Source: a virus (lineage: Duplodnaviria; Caudoviricetes). Taken from it: a stretch of 64,000 nucleotides of DNA. The position numbers and the translations under genes are program-made. The stretch spans positions 26,847 through 90,846 of the IMG/VR virus record IMGVR_UViG_3300020036_001753, one strand, 5' to 3'. The notes beneath the pieces were generated by a model. The model saw only the letters and a program-made list of their open reading frames with translations. It made no database searches and had not been told where the DNA came from. The stretch's first letter is position 1. Every line of letters begins with the position of its first letter. Shown here in pieces: positions 38,530-47,123 of the stretch.

Positions 38530-38759
38530 CTATCGTGGTCGGTGTAATAAAAGCAATCCCCAACCGCTGCAGCAGTTGAGGATGCTTTCGCTACTACTGT
38601 TAGGTGGCCAATCCTAACTATTTCGCATCTAATAGCCGGCAACATAAGCCGGCAGGCATTGCCCTCGCTATCGCCGGCAAATCGGAACACTAGTCCGGAC
38701 GGCACCATGATCGCTGCGAGGGCTTAATTGGATGCTAATTCTTTATAGCCATCCAAATA
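38530..38759 (-). ncRNA. Candidate structured non-coding RNA
   Basis: About 50% GC; at least six inverted repeats; bounded by motif copy C and a terminator-like hairpin with a T-run. Confidence 0.5.
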
Positions 38760-38773
38760 TCAGTAGGTTGTTT
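38760..38773 (-). promoter_or_regulatory. AAACAACCTACTGA motif, copy C
   Basis: Exact 14-mer; hairpin 38793-38826 upstream. Confidence 0.7.
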
Positions 38774-38831
38774 CTTATTATGGTAAAGGATGGAGTAATG
38801 CAATCCTCTTTCGGACTGCATTACTCTAGGA

Positions 38832-39146
38832 CTATACGTCTGGATGCCCAAAGTCCTCAATAGTGGAACGGCTTATCTGCGTATTAGGTTTAGGGAACAG
38901 CTTTCTGCGGAGCTCTTGCAGCCCCTTAAGCTGCTGCTTATATTCCCGTATTTTGGCAGCATGCCCGCCAATAGTCAGAAGATCAAGTTCTTTGGTAGCT
39001 ACGATGGCTTCCAGTTCCTTCATCTCCATTAAAGCGATATTTGCTTTGCAGGTTGCAATATTGGCATTAATACGGGCAATAGCCAATTTAGCAGCGGCTT
39101 TGGCAACCATGTCACCGCTGTTTTTCAATAAGAATTCGTAATCCAT
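38832..39146 (-). CDS. Helical hypothetical protein (104 aa)
   Basis: Start reassigned to MDYEF at 39146; the longer ORF would run through a motif and a hairpin. Confidence 0.7.
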   Translation of the reverse strand: MDYEFLLKNSGDMVAKAAAKLAIARINANIATCKANIALMEMKELEAIVATKELDLLTIGGHAAKIREYKQQLKGLQELRRKLFPKPNTQISRSTIEDFGHPDV

Positions 39147-39187
39147 TGTAATAGATTTAGAAGATGAGTTAATATAATGAACTGTAT

Positions 39188-39201
39188 TCAGTAGGTTGTT
39201 T
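39188..39201 (-). promoter_or_regulatory. AAACAACCTACTGA motif, copy B
   Basis: Exact 14-mer; 41 nt before the ATG at 39146; hairpin 39219-39248 upstream. Confidence 0.7.
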
Positions 39202-39259
39202 CTGCTCTTCAAGCAGTATTGCAAGCAACCTAGTAAGGCTACTTGCAACTTGCGGAGTA

Positions 39260-39604
39260 TCATTGTTCGTTGCCGCAAGGGCAACTGTAAATCCATGCAC
39301 CATCATAATCATTTCTATGATTAAGATTAGTGCATTCGTGTCTCATTGCTGTAATCACCTCAATACCATATTGGTAATCAGGATGGTTACAACCATGTCC
39401 ATCGCATTCGCATATCTCTTCGCAAACGCCATTTAATGCTGGATGGCATTCGTGATCAGTAGCTTCTGCTGCATAAGCAGCTTCTGCACGAAGATGCTGC
39501 CAATCCTCATACAGTGTAGTATTGACAATAATAACCCAAAGCAGCATGGTAATACCAGTTGCAATACACATCGCTCCAAAAATCATGCCTACAATACGTT
39601 CCAT
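39260..39604 (-). CDS. Membrane-anchored Cys/His-rich protein
   Basis: N-terminal TM, then HECH...CEEICECDGHGCNH...HEC...CPCG. Confidence 0.65.
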   Translation of the reverse strand: MERIVGMIFGAMCIATGITMLLWVIIVNTTLYEDWQHLRAEAAYAAEATDHECHPALNGVCEEICECDGHGCNHPDYQYGIEVITAMRHECTNLNHRNDYDGAWIYSCPCGNEQ

Positions 39605-39691
39605 AATAATAGCTATATTAGTTTGTTATTGCATTATTGCAAAAATCAGCCCTTGCCGTAGCAAAGACTGATTCATGAAACAAACTATATC

Positions 39692-39895
39692 TTAAATGTG
39701 ACCTTGATCTGCAAGTTCATTTACAATTATTCCCCAAAAGGCTCCTGCTACAACAAACATTATAAACCATACCAATGCTATTGCGTCATTTACTCCACGC
39801 TCCATTCCGAACATAAAGATAACGAGGTTTGATAATGCTGCCCATAATCCAAAAAACAGAAAAGGTAATAATAGAATAATGATGATCTTTTTCAT
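39692..39895 (-). CDS. Small two-TM membrane protein
   Basis: Probable start MKKIII at 39895; two hydrophobic helices. Confidence 0.65.
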   Translation of the reverse strand: MKKIIIILLLPFLFFGLWAALSNLVIFMFGMERGVNDAIALVWFIMFVVAGAFWGIIVNELADQGHI

Positions 39896-39936
39896 AAGAA
39901 TGAAGTTTACGATGATGAACGATAACATAGCAGCAA

Positions 39937-39950
39937 TCAGTAGGTTGTTT
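39937..39950 (-). promoter_or_regulatory. AAACAACCTACTGA motif, copy A
   Basis: Exact 14-mer; 41 nt before the ATG at 39895; perfect 11-bp GNRA hairpin 39963-39988 upstream. Confidence 0.7.
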
Positions 39951-40396
39951 AATATACTAAATGAGTAACGGTATTGCTACCGTTACTCTACAATGCAGGA
40001 ATACTGCAAGGTGATATTAATATACATACATAACCAAGATCTTTAGATAACGAACACACGATTCGTTACCATTCTTGGTTTACAAAACCATACAAGATAC
40101 TATGATAAAAGGAAGAGCAACCTTAGCAGCATTGCACTGTTCAAGCTGCTCTCCTTTGTTCATCATAGTATGTTTAGCAATCTAATACAATCGCCTGTGG
40201 GCAATTCTGCGGCTTTAAGGCGGGGGTACTTCGATCGCTCAATAATCAGTGGGGGGCTTTGATTACGGTGGGTCACACCTATCTGTCAATAGCATATTTC
40301 AAAAATTTTTACTATAATTTTCTCTACACCTATATATAAAGGCGTACTTCGCCCATCCGCTTATTTTACTACTCCAAAATAAATTAGCTTTACTTA

Positions 40397-40427
40397 TTGC
40401 GTAGTAAATAATATTGCTGTATCTTTG
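40397..40427 (+). promoter_or_regulatory. Bacteroidota housekeeping-type promoter of the late operon
   Basis: TTG (40397-40399)-N20-TATCTTTG (40420-40427) matches -33/-7 TAnnTTTG; ATG at 40449. Confidence 0.65.
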
Positions 40428-40448
40428 TATCAAATTTAAAGAAAGCGC

Positions 40449-40844
40449 ATGATCTTAGATAAAGTTAAAGAAGATGCTATCAATGAAGTGTATCACGAAC
40501 TGCAAGATACAGGAGTTGACATTGATATTGACATTATAAAAACAGTTTTAGGAGTAACTAATGTTTACTATAAGCAAGCAATGGAGAGTAAACAACCTAA
40601 AGTAGTTATTCCTTATATTGGTAGTTTTAACTACAATCATGTTAAGGTAAAGAGGTTAGAGAGTAAAGGGGTTAATGCTGACAATGATTTTCCTGCTATT
40701 GAAAATGCTGTATCTCACTTTATGCAAATGAGTGCAGAAGAAAAAATAGAACTTAAAAAGAAACAAAGAGCTTTAACGAATAAATGGAATAAAGTTAAAG
40801 CTGCTTATAAAACCGGTGGAACTAATAGACAAGATAGTGATTAA
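40449..40844 (+). CDS. IHF/HU-like DNA-binding protein
   Basis: IIKTVLGVTNVYYKQAMESKQPKVVIPYIGSFNY resembles the HU/IHF helix-strand pattern; crAss-like late modules carry IHF-like genes. Confidence 0.55.
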   Translation: MILDKVKEDAINEVYHELQDTGVDIDIDIIKTVLGVTNVYYKQAMESKQPKVVIPYIGSFNYNHVKVKRLESKGVNADNDFPAIENAVSHFMQMSAEEKIELKKKQRALTNKWNKVKAAYKTGGTNRQDSD

Positions 40845-40865
40845 TAACCAATAACTTTTACAGCT

Positions 40866-41075
40866 ATGAATAGGAATATGATTAATTTAGATTATTTGAT
40901 TACAATGTATTATCAAGCACAATTTAAAATCTTGACAAAGGGTACGGTAGTTAATGCCGAAGATGCGGTTAATTATGTAAATAATTGCCGTAAAAATGGT
41001 ATCCAAGATTTTAACATTGCTAATAACATTGCAGTTAATGCAAATGGTAATTTTACTAAATTAGTTGCTCTATGA
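40866..41075 (+). CDS. Hypothetical protein
   Basis: 69 aa, 4-nt overlap with the next gene. Confidence 0.55.
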   Translation: MNRNMINLDYLITMYYQAQFKILTKGTVVNAEDAVNYVNNCRKNGIQDFNIANNIAVNANGNFTKLVAL

Positions 41076-41749
41076 TTAGCAGTAGGTTATTTTATTTAGA
41101 TAGAGAAACAGGAGACGTTATTATTGATGATAATTATGTAAAGACCGTTCCAGAGTTCAATGCACTTTACAAAAGGAAAAAGGAACAAGGAATGAAAGAG
41201 TTGAAATTTGTTTTTTTCATGGCAGATTGGACTGCTGCAAATTATCTAAGAGATTATGATGATAAGCAGCGGTCTAATTTAGCTTTGAAAGATAGCAAAT
41301 TGTCTAATGATTGGACTCCTGATGCAGCTGTTGGTAAGGCTATTACTAAGTATATAAATATTCAAATTGAGTATTCAGGTACTATTAAGATGCTAATTAC
41401 TTTACGCAGAGCAATTATGTCTAAAGCAGAAGCTGTTGATTTATTAGATAGGCAGAATAAAAGACTACTTAGCAGGATTGAACAGTTGATGACGGAAGAC
41501 ACGATGGGATATAACGTTGCAGAATTAGCTACTATTGATGAAGCTATTGCAGCAGCTAATGAAAAGTTTGTTAATAATAGTAAAACAATAACAACGCTTA
41601 CTACTGATTATGAAAGAGGTATTAAGCTTGTCAATGATCTTGAGACTAAGGTTAAAGAAGAAACAGAAGCCATGCTCGAGATTACAGGGAAGAGAAAACT
41701 AGGTAATAGAGAATTGCCTACCGAACGAGCTTGGGCTAAAATGATATAG
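41072..41749 (+). CDS. Conserved late-module hypothetical protein
   Basis: 225 aa; WTPDAAVGKAITKY followed by a coiled coil. Confidence 0.7.
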   Translation: MISSRLFYLDRETGDVIIDDNYVKTVPEFNALYKRKKEQGMKELKFVFFMADWTAANYLRDYDDKQRSNLALKDSKLSNDWTPDAAVGKAITKYINIQIEYSGTIKMLITLRRAIMSKAEAVDLLDRQNKRLLSRIEQLMTEDTMGYNVAELATIDEAIAAANEKFVNNSKTITTLTTDYERGIKLVNDLETKVKEETEAMLEITGKRKLGNRELPTERAWAKMI

Positions 41750-41789
41750 CAAATATAAACAATTTCAATTCACTTTTAAATTTAATCTT

Positions 41790-42332
41790 ATGGTAGTTTT
41801 TAATAGCCTACAAGTAGATGAAATTAAGTCTTTTCAAGATTCATTTCCTACTGATACTGTTTTCATTAAAGAAACAGTCACGAAGTCTTATCACATTCCG
41901 CTTATTTTAGCTAGAATGATTGGCTTTGAAAAACAACTAATCGAAACTGTAACCGTTGAAGAATTTTATAATTATCGTATTGAAGAAGTAGGTAATCGTG
42001 ATAGAGAACTTGCTTTTGTTGTACGACAAGTTAATAGCATTGATATACTCAATTGTTGCTATGTAGTACATTCAGTGTTCCATTACTTTCTCCCTATAGA
42101 AGATTGGCAAGAAGATATTAGTATTACTGGCAATGATGCTACAACTGATATTATTACTGCTGATTCTGGTTTTAATTTTCTTAAAGATCATCTTAATTTA
42201 AAACTAGCTAAAGATAAGAAAGACAATCTCTTACTTCTACAGGGAACGAACAAAATTAAAATCCAATTTGACGATGTTGTTCATCTTCAGAATTATCTTG
42301 CTTTAGCTAAATCCAATTTAACCAATGCTTGA
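41790..42332 (+). CDS. Hypothetical protein
   Basis: 180 aa. Confidence 0.65.
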   Translation: MVVFNSLQVDEIKSFQDSFPTDTVFIKETVTKSYHIPLILARMIGFEKQLIETVTVEEFYNYRIEEVGNRDRELAFVVRQVNSIDILNCCYVVHSVFHYFLPIEDWQEDISITGNDATTDIITADSGFNFLKDHLNLKLAKDKKDNLLLLQGTNKIKIQFDDVVHLQNYLALAKSNLTNA

Positions 42333-43338
42333 AACTAGAGAAATAGCATTTGAACGTATAGGACATACTTATACCGATGAAACTAATCGACAATATATTT
42401 CTACTACTCAGCTTATTGGATTAGTTTCAGAAGATTATGATGACGATTATTGGGCTACTTATAGGGTACTTGATATGCTTGGGCATAGATTGAGACCTGT
42501 CAAAGGTACTGATCGTATAGCTATTCACGATAAGACTAAGAGAGAGTTTGTTGAATATAGCTACAGACAGCTTGCTATTATGTATAATATTAAGCAGCAC
42601 GTTAGTATGATTCAGCAAGATTGGAAAGATACTACAATTGATTCTTGTGAATGGGGTTCTGCTAAGCACTCTTATCTTGAGGAATGTATTCTAAGGTTTA
42701 CTAAGACGAAAGGAGTTACGTTTAATACTTTAGTTACAAATAATCAAGATTATCGTTATAAGATTGTTAGTATGGAGGAACTTGCAAATTCTCCTCTAAA
42801 GTTTTCTTATCCTGGTATTTATGAAATGCTTGGGCGTTCTATTGCTGCTGGTTGGACAATATTTGTAGAGAAACGTGTTTATCATCCTGATTATCTAGTA
42901 GCTGGTACAATTGACTTACTTCTTATTAAAGATAAAGACTTCGTTATTATAGATTGGAAAACTAATAAGAAACCTATTTATAATAAGACTGGCTATTACA
43001 AGAAAGCTTGGAATGCTAATAGAACTAAGAAAATAGAAACTGGAGAATGGGTTGATACTGATGATAGATTTAAACATCCTATTAATCATTTATTGTATAA
43101 TAAGTTTAATATTTATTCGTTACAGCTTTCTATTTATAGTTATATTCTCGAAGCTTGGGGCTTTAATTATGCAGGTAATAAACTCGTACACTTACCGCCT
43201 TTAATGAAAGATGGTGAATTTATTAGAGATCAGAATGGTGCTAGACTTGAAGCTGCTCCTGTGTATCATACTATGAGTTACCTAAAGACAGAAGTTCAAA
43301 CTTTATTTGATTGGCGTTTAAATTCAATTAGAGCGTGA
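42325..43338 (+). CDS. PD-(D/E)XK nuclease (RecB/Cas4-like)
   Basis: YISTTQLI, VEKRV, VAGTIDLL, IIDWKT, YSLQLSIY. Confidence 0.85.
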   Translation: MLETREIAFERIGHTYTDETNRQYISTTQLIGLVSEDYDDDYWATYRVLDMLGHRLRPVKGTDRIAIHDKTKREFVEYSYRQLAIMYNIKQHVSMIQQDWKDTTIDSCEWGSAKHSYLEECILRFTKTKGVTFNTLVTNNQDYRYKIVSMEELANSPLKFSYPGIYEMLGRSIAAGWTIFVEKRVYHPDYLVAGTIDLLLIKDKDFVIIDWKTNKKPIYNKTGYYKKAWNANRTKKIETGEWVDTDDRFKHPINHLLYNKFNIYSLQLSIYSYILEAWGFNYAGNKLVHLPPLMKDGEFIRDQNGARLEAAPVYHTMSYLKTEVQTLFDWRLNSIRA

Positions 43339-43547
43339 GTACCGATAACAAAGATAATAAAGAAGTATCTCCTTCTGAATTGCTTATACAGTATATAGAA
43401 GCAGAGCATCATATAGCTTTTTATAAAAAGAAAGAAGCAGAACTATTTGAAGAACGAGGACTCGGTTGGATAGCACAATTTTGTCACGATGTTTCTACTA
43501 GTAACTTTCTAAAAGAAAATAATGATGACATTTCTACAGATATTTAA
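43335..43547 (+). CDS. Hypothetical protein
   Basis: 70 aa with coupled overlaps. Confidence 0.5.
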   Translation: MSTDNKDNKEVSPSELLIQYIEAEHHIAFYKKKEAELFEERGLGWIAQFCHDVSTSNFLKENNDDISTDI

Positions 43548-43875
43548 CGAATACTTTAAGGATACAAGCAGTAATGATACGCATCCTGCTTGGGCAAGTG
43601 CTTGGAATAAGTATGTACTATGCGTTAAGATGAAACATCCTGCTTATGTTCAACCAATGCATATAGAGTTTCTTGAAGAGCCGATACCAGTTAAATATTT
43701 GACTAGAATGTATGAAGTAATAGCTATTAAAGATGCAGAAATAATATTACAACCTTTAGATGAAACAGGTTCTAAAATTGATGATACGTTTATAGCTGTA
43801 CCTACTAATACTAATTTTGAAGGCTGGGTTATTAAAAATCGAATACCTAATTATTATAAAAATGAACATAACTGA
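43522..43875 (+). CDS. Hypothetical protein
   Basis: 117 aa. Confidence 0.6.
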   Translation: MMTFLQIFNEYFKDTSSNDTHPAWASAWNKYVLCVKMKHPAYVQPMHIEFLEEPIPVKYLTRMYEVIAIKDAEIILQPLDETGSKIDDTFIAVPTNTNFEGWVIKNRIPNYYKNEHN

Positions 43876-44071
43876 TATAGTTAAATGTAATCAAATTGAA
43901 AATTCTAAGTTAGTTATGCTAGGCATGAGCGATCCTATTGATTTAGAACAAGCTAAAGGCTATGGCGGTTTTCTTACTTTTGATGAAGGGAAATTTACTA
44001 TGGAAATTGTTTTCATTGATTTTGGGAATAAAAGAGTTCCTAGAGAAAGAATCTTATCTATCATTAAATAA
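43862..44071 (+). CDS. Hypothetical protein
   Basis: Probable start MNITD at 43862. Confidence 0.55.
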   Translation: MNITDIVKCNQIENSKLVMLGMSDPIDLEQAKGYGGFLTFDEGKFTMEIVFIDFGNKRVPRERILSIIK

Positions 44072-44082
44072 ATGCATATACT

Positions 44083-44325
44083 ATGAGTAGCTTTTGCAGT
44101 AAATATCCAAATTGTGGTTGTGCTTCTGATACGGAAGCAGATTGTCAAATATATAAAAGTCTTTCTGGGGATAGTTATAAAGAAGAGCCTAGAACGCATA
44201 TAATTTGGGTAGGTAAAGTAATGTACGATGAATGGGAAAGAACTTGGGATACATATATGAATGAAGCTGGTATTCATTTAGTTTCTCTTAAAGCTAAAGT
44301 ACAGCATCATAAGAAACCTGAATAA
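44083..44325 (+). CDS. Small protein with Cys-rich N-terminus
   Basis: CSKYPNCGC...C. Confidence 0.55.
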   Translation: MSSFCSKYPNCGCASDTEADCQIYKSLSGDSYKEEPRTHIIWVGKVMYDEWERTWDTYMNEAGIHLVSLKAKVQHHKKPE

Positions 44326-44358
44326 GTAATTAATTAATTAATCTAAATACGTAACGTT

Positions 44359-44670
44359 ATGTCAAATCTTATTGGTAAAAGAGTCAAAGTACTTTCTATT
44401 AAGGAAAAGACCTTGAAAATTACGGGAGTTACTCCTGTTGGATTTAGCGGAGTTGCTTCTGCTTCTACCGAAATGAATAAGGTAGCTTTGCCTACAATTG
44501 GCTTTGTGTCTAAGGTAGGGCCAGGTGGTATCATTATGGAAATCATTCAGTTTCTCGAAGATGGTACCAAAATCTATTTGGAAGTAAAAGACTTTGTCGT
44601 AGTCTTTTATCCAAAGGTTAAAGAGTTTATTGATAAAATCATTAACTTTTTCGCTGGTATAGGCAAGTAA
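44359..44670 (+). CDS. Hypothetical protein
   Basis: 103 aa directly before TerL. Confidence 0.65.
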   Translation: MSNLIGKRVKVLSIKEKTLKITGVTPVGFSGVASASTEMNKVALPTIGFVSKVGPGGIIMEIIQFLEDGTKIYLEVKDFVVVFYPKVKEFIDKIINFFAGIGK

Positions 44671-44682
44671 GAACTTTTAGAA

Positions 44683-47106
44683 GTGAATTTTGTGCAGCCG
44701 TTAGGAGTAACATCCTATACGGCTGTTTTGTTATATATAGTTATGAATACACTAGCATATGACTTAACGTTTGAACAGGAGATTAACTATCTGAAAGAGA
44801 ATAGGGCTGAATCCTTACGTACTGTTTTGGATACTTATCGTAATACTGTTGATGAAACTGGTATAAACTTATACCAATGGGAAGAGATTCAATTTGCTAA
44901 TACTAAAATAGTTAGTAGAACCGCTGACTATTTTACTAAGTATGGCATTTATTGTCCGTATGATCCTGGGAGAGAGACTCGCCAATTTAAAGAATGGTGG
45001 GATAGGGAAGAGTTTAGAAGAACTCATGGGGTTGTACTGCCTATTAAGTCTCCGCCTGGAGGTGGTTTATCTGATAAAGATTTACTTCCGCTATGGGTTC
45101 CAGGTAAGATGTACGGACAGCTTAACTTTGGACCTATCGTTAGAAAGAAGAGAGAAGAAGATCTTTCTGTAGAGACTACGCTTGAAAGACAGAAAGATCA
45201 ATTGGCTGCTGCTGGTTCTGAGAAAGAGAAGCAATTAGACTTGATTTTTACTGAACTAGCTACTAAAAAGACTGGGCAAATTGCTTATTCGTTTCCTGAC
45301 TTTTGGGATGGTCACTATCATACATGGGTAGCTTTTTACGTTTCGATTAGATTAGGTTTAAATATTATTGTATTTAAAGCTCGTCGAAAAGGATTTAGTT
45401 ATATCAATGGATGGGATACTGCGGATGATTATGATCTTATTCCTAATAGTACTACGCTTCTTATAGCTTACGAATTAAAGTATCTTAATGTTGGTGATGG
45501 TCTTTTTAATATGGCTGTTAGGTATTTAGACTTTATAAATAAGCATACTGATTGGTATAAGAATCGTCTTATTGATAACAAGGATATTATTAAATCGGGT
45601 TTTAATTATAAAGGTCTTGAAGGTGATTATGGATATTTGTCTAGTATATTAGCTTTGTCTGCAATGGATAATCCAGATTGTGCTCGTGGTAAACTTGCGA
45701 CTAAGGTTAAATATGAGGAGTGCGGTAGGTTTCCTAATCTAGATGAAACTAGAAATACAACAGAAAGTGCGGCTGAGAGTGGCGATTATAGTATCGGTCA
45801 ATCTAGTTTTTGGGGTACGGCTTCTAGTAAGAATGAGGACATTGCTGCATTTACTAGGATGTGTTATAATCCTTCAGCTAGTGATTGCATGGCTTTTAAT
45901 AATATATGGAGTCATAATAAAAGAAATACTCAATTCGCTATGTTCTTTGGGCATCATCAGAATTATGATGGTGCTATTGATATTCATGGTAATTCTGATA
46001 TTGAAAAAGCTAAGCAACTTCATGCACTTCGTAGTGAGAAAAAGAAAGAGAAATCTACTATGGCGGACTTTGCAGCATGGAAGGCAGAGCGTTGTACTAT
46101 TCCAGAAGAAGGTTTATCTACAATTAATGATAATATCTTTTCTATGTATAGCGCAGAGATTTCAGATAGAATCGAGATGCTAGAGAAGAATCCGTACTTA
46201 GGCAATTTTGGAAGGAATGGAAAATACAAACAAGTAGGAGATCAGGTAATACTTATAACTAATGAAGAGTTACAAGCTAAAGGAGAAGAATGGCATCCTC
46301 CTTTGTTTGATGCAAATCCTTTCTTACCGAAAGGTTATGATATGCATGGTTGTATTACTGAATGGCATAGTCCATTTACTATAAGACAACGTGATCCGCA
46401 TACAGGGATATATTATGAAAGTGTGCCTCCAGGTCTGTATATGATATGGCATGATCCATATGCTACAGATAAAGATGCTGCTGAGATTGAAATGAAGAGT
46501 AGTGTTGGTTCTGCTTATGTTTTTGAAAGACCTAATATTCATACTCCCTATAAAGGATTTAGGCTGGTGGCTTCTTGGAATGGTAGACCACCTACTGTTG
46601 ACGCTTATAATAGACAACTATTTTTACTAGCGAGACGCTATAATACAATTTCTGCAGAAGGTGTTGGTAGGTTGATGTTTGAAAATGATAGAGGTAATGT
46701 TTATGCAGATGCTAAAGCCTGGAAAGAGATTAGATGGTTAATGCCTGAACCGGAATCATTAGCTCTTAGAGAGTTATCAGGAACTACTGGTAGGAGATAT
46801 GGCGTTTCTATAGGTAAGAATGCTAGAAGAAAGTCTGCTGGATTACTTGCTTTTAGAGATTTATTAGGAACTCCGGTTTCTAAAAATAATGAAACAGGCG
46901 AACAGACTTTGTTTGTTGAGACTATAAACTGTAGAAGATTGCTTAGGGAAACTAAAATTTTCAAAAGTAAGGGTAACTTTGATACCGTGTCTGCGGGTGT
47001 TGTAGGAACTTTTGGACTGGATGATCTTCACTTTCAGGAAACTGGTGAACTATACGATGCTGTTACTTATGACGATAATTCAGATTTTTGGAACAGGTTT
47101 AAATAA
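44683..47106 (+). CDS. terL: Terminase large subunit
   Basis: Walker A-like KARRKGFSY, Walker B-like KYEECG, nuclease IWHDPY...FEND...NFDTVSA; start may be the ATG at 44743. Confidence 0.92.
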   Translation: MNFVQPLGVTSYTAVLLYIVMNTLAYDLTFEQEINYLKENRAESLRTVLDTYRNTVDETGINLYQWEEIQFANTKIVSRTADYFTKYGIYCPYDPGRETRQFKEWWDREEFRRTHGVVLPIKSPPGGGLSDKDLLPLWVPGKMYGQLNFGPIVRKKREEDLSVETTLERQKDQLAAAGSEKEKQLDLIFTELATKKTGQIAYSFPDFWDGHYHTWVAFYVSIRLGLNIIVFKARRKGFSYINGWDTADDYDLIPNSTTLLIAYELKYLNVGDGLFNMAVRYLDFINKHTDWYKNRLIDNKDIIKSGFNYKGLEGDYGYLSSILALSAMDNPDCARGKLATKVKYEECGRFPNLDETRNTTESAAESGDYSIGQSSFWGTASSKNEDIAAFTRMCYNPSASDCMAFNNIWSHNKRNTQFAMFFGHHQNYDGAIDIHGNSDIEKAKQLHALRSEKKKEKSTMADFAAWKAERCTIPEEGLSTINDNIFSMYSAEISDRIEMLEKNPYLGNFGRNGKYKQVGDQVILITNEELQAKGEEWHPPLFDANPFLPKGYDMHGCITEWHSPFTIRQRDPHTGIYYESVPPGLYMIWHDPYATDKDAAEIEMKSSVGSAYVFERPNIHTPYKGFRLVASWNGRPPTVDAYNRQLFLLARRYNTISAEGVGRLMFENDRGNVYADAKAWKEIRWLMPEPESLALRELSGTTGRRYGVSIGKNARRKSAGLLAFRDLLGTPVSKNNETGEQTLFVETINCRRLLRETKIFKSKGNFDTVSAGVVGTFGLDDLHFQETGELYDAVTYDDNSDFWNRFK

Positions 47107-47123
47107 CGTTTACGATAATTATT

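Noticed and set aside
38508-38708. 66-aa ORF MVPSGL...
   Set aside because: It runs through dense hairpins, a terminator and the next motif, and its ATG is 51 nt from the motif rather than 41-43.
38515-39950. CRISPR array reading of the 14-bp repeats
   Set aside because: Repeats are too short, spacing is irregular (245, 428 and 749 nt), the intervals contain genes, and no cas genes are present.
42325-43338. Cas4-like nuclease as evidence of CRISPR adaptation
   Set aside because: Solo PD-(D/E)XK nucleases are routine in crAss-like late modules; there is no cas1 and no array.
26761-47106. Inteins or group I/II introns in PolA, helicases or TerL
   Set aside because: The ORFs are continuous with expected sizes; no intein termini or homing endonuclease motifs were seen.
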